A DNA stretch of 64,000 nucleotides from Basidiobolus meristosporus CBS 931.73 (lineage: Eukaryota > Fungi > Basidiobolomycota). The notes under the pieces are model-generated. The model was not told the origin of the DNA. It was given only the letters and a program-made list of their open reading frames with translations, and ran no database searches. The stretch lies in the NCBI GenBank assembly GCA_002104905.1, contig MCFE01000424.1:13587-77586 (forward strand), in the 5' to 3' direction. Positions 61,427-64,000 of this stretch are shown here, in pieces; position 1 is the stretch's first letter, and each line of letters begins with the position of its first letter. The translations under genes were made by a program, and so were the position numbers.

Positions 61427-64000
61427 GGGAGACAGTCACCAACAGGTGAAATCTTTATTTCAGTTGAAACAAAGAAGCCAGCGCTACTGTTGTAGCTTTG
61501 ATACAAGAGTGTGTAGCTGAGGGGAATTTGTAGGTAAGCTAATAAGAAGTGATGATAGTTCTTCAGTGCTCAAGACACTGTTCAGTGGGAAGGGGGGTAG
61601 CAAGAGAGGTAAGAATGACTTGTGAACAACATTAATGAGGGGAATGTGATAAGGATTGATATTCATCATAAAGGGAGTGTGCTGCTGCAGATATTGCTGC
61701 CAAAGGTCTGTCAAGTACTTCAGGTAGGCCAGCTTGGGTTTTTCTGACTGCAGAATAAAGTGAGCAAACTTCTTGACTTCAGGATCTCCAAGTATAGTTC
61801 TCCAGCAGGAGCCAGGTGTTGTGTGGTGTGTTCTCTTCCAGGCCTTAATCAGTGGGTTGTTGCAGTGGTGAAGTCTGAGATATAATCTGGTTCTAAGGTA
61901 GAGAAGTCTGATCTTATAGGGCATAAACCCAAAAGCACCAAGAATAGCATGTCTGTAGGGGCATTCAGGCAAATGAGGCACCAAGGAGGTAATGCACCAT
62001 ACTGCAAACTTGTCAAGCTTAGTGCAGTCTCTAGAAGTAAGAGAGAGAAGTGGTAAGCCAAATTCCAGGACAGGGAAGACAAACTGCTTGAGTAGAAGAA
62101 GGCAGCTGGGAGCTGAAGTTGTAGGAGGAGTAACAGCCAGTAGCTTGTGGAGTGCCTGTCTTGCCAGGATAATTCTCTTCTTCAGGTGTGCTCCAGAGTC
62201 TAGTCCAGTAGGAAGGAAAGGAAAGCCAAGATATGTAGCAGAAACCTGAGCAGGTAGAGTGGAGTTCTCCAAGTTGATGGGAGAGCCCAAAGGTACTGTC
62301 TTTGCAATGGAAAGCTGGAGATTATTCTTCTGCAGATACTGGTGGATGGTCTGGGAGTCTTGTTGCACATTGGAGGAGGATATTCTGATGTCATCAGCAA
62401 AGAGAGTAACCAGGCAGTCAGCTGAGAGTCTTGGGAAATCATTCAGGAAGATGGCAAACAGTATAGGACCAAGCACAGAGCCTTGAACCACTCCATTAGG
62501 AACTGAGAACACTGGTGATTGCTCACTTGGGTGCAGAATTCTTGCTTGTGGATCCAGAAACAGGGACCTGACAAGGAGGGTGAGAGAGGTACTGGAGAAG
62601 CATTGCAACTTGGACCAAAGCAGATTTCTGTCAACTGAATCAAAGGCCTTAGTAATATCAAACAGAACTGAGGGATACTTGCACTGGAGAGAGTGATCTT
62701 GGCTAAGTATGACTGCATATTCCAAGGAGAGGCCAGGAACAAAGCCAAACTGTGCAGGATGAAACTTGAGGGAGTCAGAGTAGAGCTCCTGAGCAAGCAG
62801 AAGCTCAAACACCTTTCTGCAGGTGGGCAGCAGAGATATTGGCCTGTAGGAGCTAGGATCCAGGTGCTTTCCTTTACCCTTGTACAGTGGCAGAACATTT
62901 GCAAAGGACCATTCCTCAGGAGTAGAAAGCTGGGCTGAGCATTGCTGAAACAGTGGAAGCAGAAGTGCAGACATGGCCTTGGTACTAGTCTTCAGAAGCT
63001 CATAAGAGATTGTGTCCACACCTGGAGCAGTAGAGTTGGGAAGCCTCTTGAGCACATTATGGATTCTCCTTTGATCAAGTGCAAGTGGGATGGGCAGAGT
63101 CTTGAAGTCAGGATGAAAGCCAGGAGTTGAGTACTGCTTTGTAGAGAAGAAGATGTTAGCCAGCTGTTCTGTTGAAGGTAACTTCCTGGAAGAGGGCCTC
63201 ATTGCCCTGTAGAGTCTTGATACTGTTCTTGTTATAGAGTTGGAAGATTGCAGAGGCAAGGAACTCATAATATGATCCCAGAGCTGAGTATGCAGAGTGT
63301 GGTGAATTGCCTTGGAGTGGTGTATTGCTGTCAGGAGGAGTTTCTCTGTTTTTGGGTTAGGGAAACTCAGGTAGCTTTGTTGCAGGGCTGAAACAATGGA
63401 TTCCCATTTTCTTGAGGTAACAGCAGTAGTCTTGCATGGCAGTGAGAGGGAGGCAGACACCAGAATCAGATGCTTCACAAAGAGCCAGGCATAGTTGAGA
63501 TCATCTGGCAGAGAAAGTAGCAAACTGGCAAGCTTCAAGTAGTTCCCAAAGTCTTTCTTCTGATTCTTGGTAGCTTTGTGGGTGAGCACAGTAAGTTTTG
63601 GCAGCTTCTTCTTCACAACTGGTTGCATAGAAAGGGACCAGGCTGGGTGGTCAGAGGCTCTCAAGGATCCTAGCTCAGCTCCAGAGAATTGCTTAACTTC
63701 ATCCACAAAGTAGAGGGCAGCAGCAGAAGGGCAGATCCAGTCAACACATCTTTTCTCAGATTGAGCACCTAGTGCTAGCAGATGGCTTTCTCTCAGGAAG
63801 TTCAGTAGGAATGTAGACCTTGGCTTCATTCTTGCAGTCAGAGTAGTCTTGTTCTCAGGATGGGGAATGTTGAGATCTCCAAGCAAGATAATAGGTGTTG
63901 ATATAGATTGCTGGTATTGCTGAACATTCTGGCATATAACTTGCACTTCCTGAAGGGGGAGACTTGGAGGCAGATAGCAGAGCACCAGACTAATAGTTGG
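61418..64000 (-). mobile_element. Distal APE-RT non-LTR retrotransposon copy, running past the window edge
   Basis: Same 3' end as the other units; ~66-nt 3' UTR with AATAAA (61454-59) and TCACC-N4-GGTGA hairpin (61436-49). Confidence 0.96.
61484..64000 (-). CDS. LINE ORF2: apurinic-like endonuclease (partial in window) plus reverse transcriptase, uninterrupted
   Basis: Frame open to the window edge (PTISLVLCYLPP); APE motifs LCYLPP, IILLGDLN, VDWI, SDH; RT motifs as in the proximal copy; no C-terminal CCHC knuckle or RNase H recognised; TAG at 61484-86. Confidence 0.95.
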   Translation of the reverse strand, partial: PTISLVLCYLPPSLPLQEVQVICQNVQQYQQSISTPIILLGDLNIPHPENKTTLTARMKPRSTFLLNFLRESHLLALGAQSEKRCVDWICPSAAALYFVDEVKQFSGAELGSLRASDHPAWSLSMQPVVKKKLPKLTVLTHKATKNQKKDFGNYLKLASLLLSLPDDLNYAWLFVKHLILVSASLSLPCKTTAVTSRKWESIVSALQQSYLSFPNPKTEKLLLTAIHHSKAIHHTLHTQLWDHIMSSLPLQSSNSITRTVSRLYRAMRPSSRKLPSTEQLANIFFSTKQYSTPGFHPDFKTLPIPLALDQRRIHNVLKRLPNSTAPGVDTISYELLKTSTKAMSALLLPLFQQCSAQLSTPEEWSFANVLPLYKGKGKHLDPSSYRPISLLPTCRKVFELLLAQELYSDSLKFHPAQFGFVPGLSLEYAVILSQDHSLQCKYPSVLFDITKAFDSVDRNLLWSKLQCFSSTSLTLLVRSLFLDPQARILHPSEQSPVFSVPNGVVQGSVLGPILFAIFLNDFPRLSADCLVTLFADDIRISSSNVQQDSQTIHQYLQKNNLQLSIAKTVPLGSPINLENSTLPAQVSATYLGFPFLPTGLDSGAHLKKRIILARQALHKLLAVTPPTTSAPSCLLLLKQFVFPVLEFGLPLLSLTSRDCTKLDKFAVWCITSLVPHLPECPYRHAILGAFGFMPYKIRLLYLRTRLYLRLHHCNNPLIKAWKRTHHTTPGSCWRTILGDPEVKKFAHFILQSEKPKLAYLKYLTDLWQQYLQQHTPFMMNINPYHIPLINVVHKSFLPLLLPPFPLNSVLSTEELSSLLISLPTNSPQLHTLVSKLQQ

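Noticed and set aside
59558-63130. Short duplicated ORFs on both strands over the LINE copies
   Set aside because: Overlap the RT frame and repeat only because the element is duplicated; no domain signal.

Overview
Eukaryotic DNA, most consistent with an early-diverging (non-Dikarya) fungus (inference: short ~55-75 nt spliceosomal introns, TTAGGG telomeric repeats, an INTS2 gene, CpG-depleted transposons). The window has three zones. (1) 1-13.6 kb: CpG-depleted transposon graveyard with Ty1/copia remnants, a decayed CACTA/EnSpm transposase and two solo LTRs of a second LTR family. (2) 13.9-47.6 kb: CpG-normal gene region with a membrane-anchored PDI/Eps1-like protein, a Nup98-type nucleoporin ending exactly at its HF autocleavage motif, an orphan ORF, an SH3-tailed type I membrane protein, Integrator subunit 2 and a Pho80/Pcl-type cyclin. 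(3) 47.6-64 kb: apparently subtelomeric; a copia element nested inside another copy of itself, then a head-to-tail array of 5'-truncated APE-RT non-LTR retrotransposons. Every array unit starts on the + strand with GGGTTAGGG, the RNA 3' end is telomere-complementary (...CCCCCCUAACCC) with no poly(A) at the junctions, and one junction holds a short (TTAGGG)n tract. This looks like a telomere-targeted or telomere-extending LINE system and is the main finding. Exon coordinates were read by eye and no database search was possible.
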